Translations under genes and position numbers: made by a program | The notes under the pieces: model-generated | The model's database searches: none | What the model was told of the DNA's origin: nothing | The model's input: only the letters and a program-made list of their open reading frames with translations | From: Auanema rhodensis | Taxonomy: Eukaryota; Animalia; Nematoda | Length of the DNA: 64,000 bases | Reading direction: 5' to 3' | Assembly (NCBI GenBank): GCA_964057225.1 | Contig: OZ059895.1 | Coordinates: forward strand, 10,478,001 to 10,542,000 | Shown here: positions 50,901 through 64,000 of the stretch, piece by piece | How positions within the stretch are numbered: position 1 is the first letter of the stretch | Layout of the letters: each line of letters starts with the position of its first letter

Positions 50901-53900
50901 ACCATATTAATCATATTTTCCGGCGGGCTCAAGTTTCTATTTTGTTCGATTTTCATGAAAAAATAAAAGTTTTAAAATGTTTATTTTTAGCCCTAGAAAT
51001 ACGTGCAACATCTTATTATCTGAGAAAATTTGAAAATTAAATGATTGAAAAAGTAAAACAGATTTTGTTAGCACAGAAACATATTAATCATATTTTAATT
51101 TAAGGCGGGCTCAAGTTGCTATTTTGTTCGATTTTCATGAGAAAATAAAAATTTTAAAATGTTTATTTTTAGCCCTAGAAATACGTGCAACATCTTACTC
51201 AACTCAAAATCAACTGTTTGATAATATAAATTAGGTTTTGTGAGCATATATCCATAGTAATCATGTTTTGCGGCGGTTTCAACTTGCTATTTTGTTTGAT
51301 TTTTATGAAAAATTAAATATTCTAAAACTTTTATTTCTTGTCCTAGAAGTACGTGCTACATCTCTTTAAACTAAGAATTAGTTGATTGAAAAGGCAAAAC
51401 AAATTTTGTTAGCACAGAACCATATTAATCATATTTTCCGGCGGGCTTAAGTTGCTATTTTGTTCAATTTTCATGAAAAAATAAAAATTTTAAAATGTTT
51501 ATTTTTAGCCCTAGAAATACGTGCAACATCTTACTCAACTCAAAATCAACTGTTTGATAATATAAATTAGATTTTGTGAGCATATATCCAAAGTGATCAT
51601 GTTTTGCGGCGGGTTCAACTTGCTATTTCGTTTGATTTTTATGAAAAATTAAATATTCTAAAACTTTTATTTCTTGTCCTAGAAATACGTGCTACATCTC
51701 ATTAAACTAAGAATTAGTTGATTGAAAAGGCAAAACAAATTTTGTGAGCATATACCCATAGTAATCATGTTTTGCGGCGTGCTCAAGTTGCTATTTTGTT
51801 CGATTTTTATGAAAAATTAAATATTTTCAAATGTTTATTTTTCGCCCTAGAAATACGTGCTACATCTCATTAAACTAAGAATTAGTTGATTGAAAAGGCA
51901 AAACAAATTTTGTGAGCATATACCCATAGTAATCATGTTTTGCGGCGTGCTCAAGTTGCTATTTTGTTCGATTTTTATGAAAAATTAAATATTTTCAAAT
52001 GTTTATTTTTCGCCCTAGAAATACGTGCAACATCTTATTATCTAAGAAAATTTGAAAATTAAATGATTGAAAAAGTAAAACAGATTTTGTTAGCACAGAA
52101 ACATATTAATCATATTTTAATTTAAGGCGGGCTCAAGTTGCTATTTTGTTCGATTTTCATGAGAAAATAAAAATTTTAAAATGTTTATTTTTAGCCCTAG
52201 AAATACGTGCAACATCTTACTCAACTCAAAATCAACTGTTTGATAATATAAATTAGGTTTTGTGAGCATATATCCATAGTAATCATGTTTTGCGGCGGTT
52301 TCAACTTGCTATTTTGTTTGATTTTTATGAAAAATTAAATATTCTAAAACTTTTATTTCTTGTCCTAGAAGTACGTGCTACATCTCTTTAAACTAAGAAT
52401 TAGTTGATTGAAAAGGCAAAACAAATTTTGTTAGCACAGAACCATATTAATCATATTTTCCGGCGGGCTTAAGTTGCTATTTTGTTCAATTTTCATGAAA
52501 AAATAAAAATTTTAAAATGTTTATTTTTAGCCCTAGAAATACGTGCAACATCTTACTCAACTCAAAATCAACTGTTTGATAATATAAATTAGATTTTGTG
52601 AGCATATATCCAAAGTGATCATGTTTTGCGGCGGGTTCAACTTGCTATTTCGTTTGATTTTTATGAAAAATTAAATATTCTAAAACTTTTATTTCTTGTC
52701 CTAGAAATACGTGCTACATCTCATTAAACTAAGAATTAGTTGATTGAAAAGGCAAAACAAATTTTGTGAGCATATACCCATAGTAATCATGTTTTGCGGC
52801 GTGCTCAAGTTGCTATTTTGTTCGATTTTTATGAAAAATTAAATATTTTCAAATGTTTATTTTTCGCCCTAGAAATACGTGCTACATCTCATTAAACTAA
52901 GAATTAGTTGATTGAAAAGGCAAAACAAATTTTGTGAGCATATACCCATAGTAATCATGTTTTGCGGCGTGCTCAAGTTGCTATTTTGTTCGATTTTTAT
53001 GAAAAATTAAATATTTTCAAATGTTTATTTTTCGCCCTAGAAATACGTGCAACATCTTATTATCTAAGAAAATTTGAAAATTAAATGATTGAAAAAGTAA
53101 AACAGATTTTGTTAGCACAGAAACATATTAATCATATTTTACGGCGGGCTCAAGTTGCTATTTTGTTCGATTTTTATGAAAAATTGAAAATTTTAAAATG
53201 TTTATTTTTAGCCCTAGAAATACGTGCAAAATCTTATTCAACTCAAAATCAACTGTTTGATAATATAAATTAGGTTTTGTGAGCATATATCCATAGTAAT
53301 CATGTTTTGCGGCGGGTTCAACTTGCTATTTCGTTTGATTTTTATGAAAAATTAAATATTTTAAAAATTTTATTTCTTGTCCTAGAAATACGTGCTACAT
53401 CTCATTAAACTAAGAATTAGTTGATTGAGAAGGCAAAACAAATTTTGTTAGCACAGAACCATATTAATCATATTTTCCGGCGGGCTCAAGTTTCTATTTT
53501 GTTCGATTTTCATGAAAAAATAAAAGTTTTAAAATGTTTATTTTTAGCCCTAGAAATACGTGCAACATCTTATTATCTGAGAAAATTTGAAAATTAAATG
53601 ATTGAAAAAGTAAAACAGATTTTGTTAGCACAGAAACATATTAATCATATTTTAATTTAAGGCGGGCTCAAGTTGCTATTTTGTTCGATTTTCATGAGAA
53701 AATAAAAATTTTAAAATGTTTATTTTTAGCCCTAGAAATACGTGCAACATCTTACTCAACTCAAAATCAACTGTTTGATAATATAAATTAGGTTTTGTGA
53801 GCATATATCCATAGTAATCATGTTTTGCGGCGGTTTCAACTTGCTATTTTGTTTGATTTTTATGAAAAATTAAATATTCTAAAACTTTTATTTCTTGTCC

Positions 53901-56637
53901 TAGAAGTACGTGCTACATCTCTTTAAACTAAGAATTAGTTGATTGAAAAGGCAAAACAAATTTTGTTAGCACAGAACCATATTAATCATATTTTCCGGCG
54001 GGCTCAAGTTTCTATTTTGTTCGATTTTCATGAAAAAATAAAAGTTTTAAAATGTTTATTTTTAGCCCTAGAAATACGTGCAACATCTTATTATCTGAGA
54101 AAATTTGAAAATTAAATGATTGAAAAAGTAAAACAGATTTTGTTAGCACAGAAACATATTAATCATATTTTAATTTAAGGCGGGCTCAAGTTGCTATTTT
54201 GTTCGATTTTCATGAGAAAATAAAAATTTTAAAATGTTTATTTTTAGCCCTAGAAATACGTGCAACATCTTACTCAACTCAAAATCAACTGTTTGATAAT
54301 ATAAATTAGGTTTTGTGAGCATATATCCATAGTAATCATGTTTTGCGGCGGTTTCAACTTGCTATTTTGTTTGATTTTTATGAAAAAATAAAAATTTTAA
54401 ATTGTTTATTTTTAGCCCTAGAAATACGTGCAACATCTTATTATTTAAGAAAATTTGAAAATTAAATAATTGAAAAAGTAAAACAGATTTTGTTAGCACA
54501 GAAACATATTGATCATATTTTAAGGCGGGCTCAAGTTGCTATTTTGTTCGATTTTTATGAAAAATTGAAAATTTTAAAATGTTTATTTTTAGCCCTAGAA
54601 ATACGTGCAAAATCTTATTCAACTCAAAATCAACTGTTTGATAATATAAATTAGGTTTTGTGAGCATATATCCATAGTAATCATGTTTTGCGGCGGGTTC
54701 AACTTGCTATTTCGTTTGATTTTTATGAAAAATTAAATATTTTAAAAATTTTATTTCTTGTCCTAGAAATACGTGCTACATCTCATTAAACTAAGAATTA
54801 GTTGATTGAGAAGGCAAAACAAATTTTGTTAGCACAGAACCATATTAATCATATTTTCCGGCGGGCTCAAGTTTCTATTTTGTTCGATTTTCATGAAAAA
54901 ATAAAAGTTTTAAAATGTTTATTTTTAGCCCTAGAAATACGTGCAACATCTTATTATCTGAGAAAATTTGAAAATTAAATGATTGAAAAAGTAAAACAGA
55001 TTTTGTTAGCACAGAAACATATTAATCATATTTTAATTTAAGGCGGGCTCAAGTTGCTATTTTGTTCGATTTTCATGAGAAAATAAAAATTTTAAAATGT
55101 TTATTTTTAGCCCTAGAAATACGTGCAACATCTTACTCAACTCAAAATCAACTGTTTGATAATATAAATTAGGTTTTGTGAGCATATATCCATAGTAATC
55201 ATGTTTTGCGGCGGTTTCAACTTGCTATTTTGTTTGATTTTTATGAAAAATTAAATATTCTAAAACTTTTATTTCTTGTCCTAGAAGTACGTGCTACATC
55301 TCTTTAAACTAAGAATTAGTTGATTGAAAAGGCAAAACAAATTTTGTTAGCACAGAACCATATTAATCATATTTTCCGGCGGGCTCAAGTTGCTATTTTG
55401 TTCGATTTTTATGAAAAAATAAAAATTTTAAATTGTTTATTTTTAGCCCTAGAAATACGTGCAACATCTTATTATTTAAGAAAATTTGAAAATTAAATAA
55501 TTGAAAAAGTAAAACAGATTTTGTTAGCACAGAAACATATTGATCATATTTTAAGGCGGGCTCAAGTTGCTATTTTGTTCGATTTTAATGAAAAAATAAA
55601 AATTTTAAAATGTTTATTTTTAGCCCTAGAAATACGTGCAACATCTTACTCAACTCAAAATCAACTGTTTGATAATATAAATTAGGTTTTGTGAGCATTT
55701 ATCCATAGTAATCATGTTTTGCGGCGGTTTCAACTTGCTATTTCGTTTGATTTTTATGAAAAATTAAATATTTTCAAATGTTTATTTTTCGCCCTAGAAA
55801 TACGTGCAACATCTTATTATCTAAGAAAATTTGAAAATTAAATGATTGATAAAGTAAAACAGATTTTGTTAGCACAGAAACATATTGATCATATTTTAAG
55901 GCGGGCTCAAGTTGCTATTTTGTTCGATTTTAATGAAAAAATAAAAATTTTAAAATGTTTATTTTTAGCCCTAGAAATACGTGCAACATCTTACTCAACT
56001 CAAAATCAACTGTTTGATAATATAAATTAGGTTTTGTGAGCATATATCCATAGTAATCATGTTTTGCGGCGGTTTCAACTTGCTATTTCGTTTGATTTTT
56101 ATGAAAAATTAAATATTCTTAAAATTTTATTTTTTGTCCTAGAAATACGTGCTACATCTCTTTAAACTAAGAATTAGTTGATTGAAAAGGCAAAACAAAT
56201 TTTGTGAGCATATACCCATAGTAATCATGTTTTGCGGCGTGCTCAAGTTGCTATTTTGTTCGATTTTTATGAAAAATTAAATATTTTCAAATGTTTATTT
56301 TTCGCCCTAGAAATACGTGCAACATCTTATTATCTAAGAAAATTTGAAAATCAAATGATTGAAAAAGTAAAACAGATTTTGTTAGCACAGAAACATATTA
56401 ATCATATTTTACGGCGGGCTCAAGTTGCTATTTTGTTCGATTTTTATGAAAAATTGAAAATTTTAAAATGTTTATTTTTAGCCCTAGAAATACGTGCAAC
56501 ATCTTATTCAACTCAAAATCAACTGTTTGATAAAATAAATTAGGTTTTGTGAGCATATATCCATAGTGATCATGTTTTGCGGCGGGTTCAACTTGCTATT
56601 TCGTTTGATTTTTATGAAAAATTAAATATTCTAAAAA

Positions 56638-59600
56638 TTTTATTTCTTGTCCTAGAAATACGTGCTACATCTCTTTAAACTAAGAATTAGTTGATTGAGA
56701 AGGCAAAACAAATTTTGTTAGCACAGAACCATATTAATCATATTTTCCGGCGGGCTTAAGTTGCTATTTTGTTCAATTTTCATGAAAAAATAAAAATTTT
56801 AAAATGTTTATTTTTAGCCCTAGAAATACGTGCAACATCTTACTCAACTCAAAATCAACTGTTTGATAATATAAATTAGATTTTGTGAGCATATATCCAA
56901 AGTGATCATGTTTTGCGGCGGGTTCAACTTGCTATTTCGTTTGATTTTTATGAAAAATTAAATATTCTAAAACTTTTATTTCTTGTCCTAGAAATACGTG
57001 CTACATCTCATTAAACTAAGAATTAGTTGATTGAAAAGGCAAAACAAATTTTGTGAGCATATACCCATAGTAATCATGTTTTGCGGCGTGCTCAAGTTGC
57101 TATTTTGTTCGATTTTTATGAAAAATTAAATATTTTCAAATGTTTATTTTTCGCCCTAGAAATATGTGCAACATCTTATTATCTAAGAAAATTTGAAAAT
57201 TAAATGATTGAAAAAGTAAAACAGATTTTGTTAGCACAGAAACATATTAATCATATTTTACGGCGGGCTCAAGTTGCTATTTTGTTCGATTTTTATGAAA
57301 AATTGAAAATTTTAAAATGTTTATTTTTAGCCCTAGAAATACGTGCAACATCTTATTCAACTCAAAATCAACTGTTTGATAATGTAAATTAGGTTTTGTG
57401 AGAATATATCCATAGTAATCATGTTTTGCGGCGGGTTCAACTTGCTATTTCGTTTGATTTTTATGAAAAATTAAATATTTTAAAAATTTTATTTCTTGTC
57501 CTAGAAATACGTGCTACATCTCATTAAACTAAGAATTAGTTGATTGAGAAGGCAAAACAAATTTTGTTAGCACAGAACCATATTAATCATATTTTCCGGC
57601 GGGCTCAAGTTTCTATTTTGTTCGATTTTCATGAAAAAATAAAAATTTTAAAATGTTCATTTTTAGCCCTAGAAATACGTGCAACATCTTACTCAACTCA
57701 AAATCAACTGTTTGATAATATAAATTAGGTTTTGTGAGCATATATCCATAGTAATCATGTTTTGCGGCGGTTTCAACTTGCTATTTCGTTTGATTTTTAT
57801 GAAAAATTAAATATTCTAAAACTTTTATTTCTTGTCCTAGAAATACGTGCTACATCTCATTAAACTAAGAATTAGTTGATTGAAAAGGCAAAACAAATTT
57901 TGTTAGCACAGAACCATATTAATCATATTTTCCGGCGGGCTCAAGTTTCTATTTTGTTCGATTTTCATGAAAAAATAAAAGTTTTAAAATGTTTATTTTT
58001 AGCCCTAGAAATACGTGCAACATCTTATTATCTGAGAAAATTTGAAAATTAAATGATTGAAAAAGTAAAACAGATTTTGTTAGCACAGAAACATATTAAT
58101 CATATTTTAATTTAAGGCGGGCTCAAGTTGCTATTTTGTTCGATTTTTATGAAAAATTGAAAATTTTAAAATGTTTATTTTTAGCCCTAGAAATACGTGC
58201 AACATCTTACTCAACTCAAAATCAACTGTTTGATAATATAAATTAGGTTTTGTGAGCATATATCCATAGCAATCATGTTTTGCGGCGGGTTCAACTTGTT
58301 ATTTCGTTTGATTTTTATGAAAAATTAAATATTCTAAAACTTTTATTTCTTGTCCTAGAAATACGTGCTACATCTCATTAAACTAAGAATTAGTTGATTG
58401 AGAAGGCAAAACAAATTTTGTTAGCACAGAACCATATTAATCATATTTTCCGGCGGGCTTAAGTTGCTATTTTGTTCAATTTTCATGAAAAAATAAAAAT
58501 TTTAAAATGTTTATTTTTAGCCCTAGAAATACGTGCAACATCTTACTCAACTCAAAATCAACTGTTTGATAATATAAATTAGGTTTTGTGAGCATATATC
58601 CATAGCAATCATGTTTTGCGGCGGGTTCAACTTGTTATTTCGTTTGATTTTTATGAAAAATTAAATATTCTAAAACTTTTATTTCTTGTCCTAGAAATAC
58701 GTGCTACATCTCTTTAAACTAAGAATTAGTTGATTGAGAAGGCAAAACAAATTTTGTTAGCACAGAACCATATTAATCATATTTTCCGGCGGGCTTAAGT
58801 TGCTATTTTGTTCAATTTTCATGAAAAAATAAAAATTTTAAAATGTTTATTTTTAGCCCTAGAAATACGTGCAACATCTTACTCAACTCAAAATCAACTG
58901 TTTGATAATATAAATTAGATTTTGTGAGCATATATCCAAAGTGATCATGTTTTGCGGCGGGTTCAACTTGCTATTTCGTTTGATTTTTATGAAAAATTAA
59001 ATATTCTAAAACTTTTATTTCTTGTCCTAGAAATACGTGCTACATCTCATTAAACTAAGAATTAGTTGATTGAAAAGGCAAAACAAATTTTGTGAGCATA
59101 TACCCATAGTAATCATGTTTTGCGGCGTGCTCAAGTTGCTATTTTGTTCGATTTTTATGAAAAATTAAATATTTTCAAATGTTTATTTTTCGCCCTAGAA
59201 ATATGTGCAACATCTTATTATCTAAGAAAATTTGAAAATTAAATGATTGAAAAAGTAAAACAGATTTTGTTAGCACAGAAACATATTAATCATATTTTAC
59301 GGCGGGCTCAAGTTGCTATTTTGTTCGATTTTTATGAAAAATTGAAAATTTTAAAATGTTTATTTTTAGCCCTAGAAATACGTGCAACATCTTATTCAAC
59401 TCAAAATCAACTGTTTGATAATGTAAATTAGGTTTTGTGAGAATATATCCATAGTAATCATGTTTTGCGGCGGGTTCAACTTGCTATTTCGTTTGATTTT
59501 TATGAAAAATTAAATATTTTAAAAATTTTATTTCTTGTCCTAGAAATACGTGCTACATCTCATTAAACTAAGAATTAGTTGATTGAGAAGGCAAAACAAA

Positions 59601-60498
59601 TTTTGTTAGCACAGAACCATATTAATCATATTTTCCGGCGGGCTCAAGTTTCTATTTTGTTCGATTTTCATGAAAAAATAAAAATTTTAAAATGTTCATT
59701 TTTAGCCCTAGAAATACGTGCAACATCTTACTCAACTCAAAATCAACTGTTTGATAATATAAATTAGGTTTTGTGAGCATATATCCATAGTAATCATGTT
59801 TTGCGGCGGTTTCAACTTGCTATTTCGTTTGATTTTTATGAAAAATTAAATATTCTAAAACTTTTATTTCTTGTCCTAGAAATACGTGCTACATCTCATT
59901 AAACTAAGAATTAGTTGATTGAAAAGGCAAAACAAATTTTGTTAGCACAGAACCATATTAATCATATTTTCCGGCGGGCTCAAGTTTCTATTTTGTTCGA
60001 TTTTCATGAAAAAATAAAAGTTTTAAAATGTTTATTTTTAGCCCTAGAAATACGTGCAACATCTTATTATCTGAGAAAATTTGAAAATTAAATGATTGAA
60101 AAAGTAAAACAGATTTTGTTAGCACAGAAACATATTAATCATATTTTAATTTAAGGCGGGCTCAAGTTGCTATTTTGTTCGATTTTTATGAAAAATTGAA
60201 AATTTTAAAATGTTTATTTTTAGCCCTAGAAATACGTGCAACATCTTACTCAACTCAAAATCAACTGTTTGATAATATAAATTAGGTTTTGTGAGCATAT
60301 ATCCATAGCAATCATGTTTTGCGGCGGGTTCAACTTGTTATTTCGTTTGATTTTTATGAAAAATTAAATATTCTAAAACTTTTATTTCTTGTCCTAGAAA
60401 TACGTGCTACATCTCATTAAACTAAGAATTAGTTGATTGAGAAGGCAAAACAAATTTTGTTAGCACAGAACCATATTAATCATATTTTCCGGCGGGCT
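56638..60498. repeat. Block of about 1.8 kb repeated at +2,039 bp
   Basis: Private variants aatgtaaatt, gagaatatatc, aaatgttcat and caacttgtta recur at +2039. ORF pairs 57204/59243 and 57540/59579 agree. Confidence 0.85.
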
Positions 60499-63400
60499 CA
60501 AGTTGCTATTTTGTTCGATTTTCATGAAAAAATAAAAGTTTTAAAATGTTTATTTTTAGCCCTACAAATACGTGCAACATCTTATTATCTGAGAAAATTT
60601 GAAAATTAAATGATTGAAAAAGTAAAACAGATTTTGTTAGCACAGAAACATATTGATCATATTTTAAGGCGGGCTCAAGTTGCTATTTTGTTCGATTTTA
60701 ATGAAAAAATAAAAATTTTAAAATGTTTATTTTTAGCCCTAGAAATACGTGCAACATCTTACTCAACTCAAAATCAACTGTTTGATAATATAAATTAGGT
60801 TTTGTGAGCATATATCCATAGTAATCATGTTTTGCGGCGGGTTCAACTTGCTATTTCGTTTGATTTTTATGAAAAATTAAATATTCTAAAACTTTTATTT
60901 CTTGTCCTAGAAATACGTGCTACATCTCATTAAACTAAGAATTAGTTGATTGAGAAGGCAAAACAAATTTTGTTAGCACAGAACCATATTAATCATATTT
61001 TCCGGCGGGCTCAAGTTGCTATTTTGTTCGATTTTTATGAAAAAATAAAAATTTTAAATTGTTTATTTTTAGCCCTAGAAATACGTTCAACATCTTATTA
61101 TCTAAGAAAATTTGAAAATTAAATAATTGAAAAAGTAAAACAGATTTTGTTAGCACAGAAACATATTGATCATATTTTAAGGCGGGCTCAAGTTGCTATT
61201 TTGTTCGATTTTAATGAAAAAATAAAAATTTTAAAATGTTTATTTTTAGCCCTAGAAATACGTGCAACATCTTACTCAACTCAAAATCAACTGTTTGATA
61301 ATATAAATTAGGTTTTGTGAGCATATATCCATAGTAATCATGTTTTGCGGCGGTTTCAACTTGCTATTTCGTTTGATTTTTATGAAAAATTAAATATTCT
61401 TAAAATTTTATTTCTTGTCCTAGAAGTACGTGCTACATCTCTTTAAACTAAGAATTAGTTGATTGAGAAGGCAAAACAAATTTTGTTAGCACAGAACCAT
61501 ATTAATCATATTTTCCGGCGGGCTCAAGTTGCTATTTTGCTCGATTTTCATGAAAAAATAAAAATTTTAAAATGTTTATTTTTAGCCCTAGAAATACGTG
61601 CAACATCTTACTCAACTCAAAATCAACTGTTTGATAATATAAATTAGGTTTTGTGAGCATATATCCATAGTAATCATGTTTTGCGGCGGTTTCAACTTGC
61701 TATTTCGTTTGATTTTTATGAAAAATTAAATATTCTTAAAATTTTATTTCTTGTCCTAGAAGTACGTGCTACATCTCTTTAAACTAAGAATTAGTTGATT
61801 GAGAAGGCAAAACAAATTTTGTTAGCACAGAACCATATTAATCATATTTTCCGGCGGGCTCAAGTTGCTATTTTGCTCGATTTTCATGAAAAAATAAAAA
61901 TTTTAAAATGTTTATTTTTAGCCCTAGAAATACGTGCAACATCTTACTCAACTCAAAATCAACTGTTTGATAATATAAATTAGATTTTGTGAGCATATAT
62001 CCATAGTAATCATGTTTTGCGGGGGGTTCAACTTGCTATTTCGTTTGATTTTTATGAAAAATTAAATATTCTTAAAATTTTATTTCTTGTCCTAGAAATA
62101 CGTGCTACATCTCTTTAAACTAAGAATTAGTTGATTGAGAAGGCAAAACAAATTTTGTTAGCACAGAACCATATTAATCATATTTTCCGGCGGGCATAAG
62201 TTGCTATTTTGTTCGATTTTCATGAAAAAATAAAAGTTTTAAAATGTTTATTTTTAGCCCTAGAAATACGTGCAACATCTTATTATCTAAGAAAACTTGA
62301 AAATTAAATGATTGAAAAAGTAAAACAGATTTTGTTAGCACAGAAACATATTAATCATATTTTAAGGCGGGCTCAAGTTGCTATTTTGTTCGATTTTCAT
62401 GAAAAAATAAAAATTTTAAAATGTTTATTTTTAGCCCTAGAAATACGTGCAACATCTTACTCAACTCAAAATCAACTGTTTGATAATATAAATTAGGTTT
62501 TGTGAGCATATATCCATAGTAATCATGTTTTGCGGCGGGTTCAACTTGCTATTTCGTTTGATTTTTATGAAAAATTAAATATTCTAAATTTTTTATTTCT
62601 TGTCCTAGAAGTACGTGCTACATCTCATTAAACTAAGAATTAGTTGATTGAAAAGGCAAAACAAATTTTGTTAGCACAGAACCATATTAATCATATTTTC
62701 CGGCGCGCTAAAGTTGCTATTTTGTTCGATTTTCATGAAAAAATAAAAATTTTAAAATGTTTATTTTTAGCCTCAGAAATACGTGCAACATCTTATTATC
62801 TAAGAAAATTTGAAAATTAAATAATTGAAAAAGTAAAACCGATTTTGTTAGCCCAGAAACATATTAATCATATTTTAAGGCGGGCTCAAGTTGCTATTTT
62901 GTTCGATTTTCATGAAAAAATAAAAATTTTAAAATGTTTATTTTTAGCCCTAGAAATACGTGCAACATCTTAATATCTAAGAAAATTTGAAAATTAAATA
63001 ATTGAAAAAGTAAAACAGATTTTGTTAGCACAGAAACATATTAATCATATTTTAAGGCGGGCTCAAGTTGCTATTTTGTTCGATTTTCATGAAAAAATAA
63101 AAATTTTAAAATGTTTATTTTTAGCCCTAGAAATACGTGCAACATCTTACTCAACTCAAAATCAACTGTTTGATAATATAAATTAGGTTTTGTGAGCATA
63201 TATCCATAGTAATCATGTTTTGCGGCGGGTTCAACTTGCTATTTCGTTTGATTTTTATGAAAAATTAAATATTCTAAATTTTTTATTTCTTGTCCTAGAA
63301 AAACGTGCTACATCTCATTAAACTAAGAATTAGTTGATTGAAAAGGCAAAACAAATTTTGTTAGCACAGAACCATATTAATCATATTTTCCGGCGGGCTC

Positions 63401-64000
63401 AAGTTGCTATTTTGTTCGATTTTCATGAAAAAATAAAAGTTTTAAAATGTTTATTTTTAGCCCTAGAAATACGTGCAACATCTTATTATCTAAGAAAATT
63501 TGAAAATTAAATAATTGAAAAAGTAAAACAGATTTTGTTAGCCCAGAAACATATTAATCATATTTTAAGGCGGGCTCAAGTTGCTATTTTGTTCGATTTT
63601 CATGAAAAAATAAAAATTTTAAAATGTTTATTTTTAGCCCTAGAAAAACGTGCAACATCTTACTCAACCCAAAATCAACTGTTTGATAATATAAATTAGG
63701 TTTTGTGAGCATATATCCATAGCAATCATGTTTTGCGGCGGGTTCAACTTGCTATTTCGTTTGATGTTTATGAAAAATTAAATATTCTAAAAATTTTATT
63801 TCTTGTCCTAGAAATACGTGCTACATCTCATTAAACTAAGAATTAGTTGATTGAGAAGGCAAAACAAATTTTGTTAGCACAGAACCATATTAATCATGTT
63901 TTCCGGCGGGCTCAAGTTGCTATTTTGCTCGATTTTCATGAAAAAATAAAAATTTTAAAATGTTTATTTTTAGCCCTAGAAATACGTGCAACATCTTACT

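Larger units (their letters stand above)
22892..64000. repeat. Same satellite array, right arm
   Basis: It resumes exactly where the monomer was interrupted (aaaac|ttttatttcttgtcctagaaatacgtgc) and continues to the window end. Repeat-derived ORF spacings of 336, 345, 513, 690 and 849 bp are sums of 168 and 177. Confidence 0.98.

Noticed and set aside
587-62496. Dozens of near-identical 62-aa ORFs (MIEKVKQILLAQKH...) and the 103-aa ORF at 56232
   Set aside because: They are chance open frames spanning satellite monomers. Many equivalent monomers lack the start or carry stops or the 5-bp frameshift, several begin at TTG, and no domain is recognisable.
1-64000. CRISPR-like repeat/spacer appearance of conserved blocks alternating with variable heads
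   Set aside because: The variable parts fall into only three recurring classes rather than unique spacers, there are no cas genes, and the context is eukaryotic.

Overview
About 55 kb of this window is an AT-rich tandem satellite of roughly 320 monomers. It has three monomer classes (A 177 bp, B 168 bp, C 168 bp) arranged in nested higher-order repeats, including a 6,520-bp tandem duplication. One complete, apparently very young BEL/Pao (Belpaoviridae) LTR retroelement interrupts it at 14105-22891. The element has 533-bp TG...CA LTRs with no mismatch by eye, a 5-bp AAAAC target-site duplication and a tRNA-Gly-type primer-binding site. A single uninterrupted 2578-aa ORF encodes Gag, protease, RT, RNase H, integrase and a phlebovirus-like Gn/Gc envelope. 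This architecture matches enveloped nematode elements of the Cer13/Atlas type, so a nematode host is inferred but not proven. The most unusual points are: the ORF opens inside the 5' LTR and reads through the PBS; Gn appears to lack its head domain; an extra signal-peptide-like segment plus a 71-aa module follows the Gc anchor; and the 6.5-kb satellite duplication breaks in the same monomer as the insertion. The many 62-aa ORFs are satellite artefacts. All comparisons were made by eye, without alignment or database tools.
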